The position numbers were made by a program, and so were the translations under genes. Below are positions 5,428 to 5,736 of a DNA stretch of 5,736 nt, piece after piece; the first letter of the stretch is position 1, and each line of letters opens with the position of its first letter. Below the pieces are notes generated by a model, which saw nothing but the letters and a program-made list of their open reading frames with translations, made no database searches and was not told the origin of the DNA. The stretch comes from Octopus sinensis (Eukaryota), in contig NW_021829792.1 in the NCBI RefSeq assembly GCF_006345805.1, positions 1-5,736 of the forward strand. The letters are read 5' to 3'.

Positions 5428-5736
5428 TTTGAGTACTAACCACATACGCTGGTTGGTTAAAAAGTTGTTTTTAGTAAGACGCTGTTAACAATTACGTTGA
5501 TGCGCTCAGCAAACAGGTATGGTCTAAGCCACACGCTGATTAGTAAAAATACGTTTCGAAAGATCCACCATACTTTAGCACACTGGAAAGTATTTAAAGG
5601 ACAACTTCAAGCATTTTAACACATTTTAATCAAATGTGAAACATAACTGTCGGTTAATACTGCTACAATATAAAGCTGAAGACTAAAGAAATCGCGAAAG
5701 TACTTGCTTTATCATAATATGTAATATAGAATAGTA

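Noticed and set aside
5475-5516. Possible 42-nt micro-exon (TTTTTAG| … CAG|GTATGG)
   Set aside because: Splice-like dinucleotides are common, two of three frames contain stops from this acceptor, and there is no homology or expression evidence.

Overview
AT-rich, microsatellite-laden eukaryotic genomic DNA with no intact protein-coding gene. The SINE architecture and repeat density are reminiscent of an octopus/coleoid cephalopod genome; this is inference from recalled repeat types, not a database match. The window is a mosaic of decayed mobile elements: (1) one tRNA-derived SINE (266-515); (2) two copies of a second tRNA-derived SINE family, one on the minus strand (~877-1858) split by a 612-bp internally deleted Tc1/mariner element (1077-1688, 28-bp TIRs, TA on both sides) and one on the plus strand (~2322-2692); (3) a ~176-bp fold-back (2829-3004) whose right arm carries a minimal hammerhead-ribozyme-like motif, plus two or three further degenerate hammerhead-like motifs (3671-3706 -, 3988-4035 -, weakly 617-680 +), suggesting Penelope-like retroelement terminal remnants; (4) a four-unit 82-109-bp minisatellite (4196-4569); (5) the 3' end of a Helitron, with a pseudogenised PIF1-type helicase C-terminus and a terminal hairpin (~4651-5384). 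Of the ORF track, only 4633..5028 reflects real coding ancestry; the others are microsatellite or SINE artefacts.
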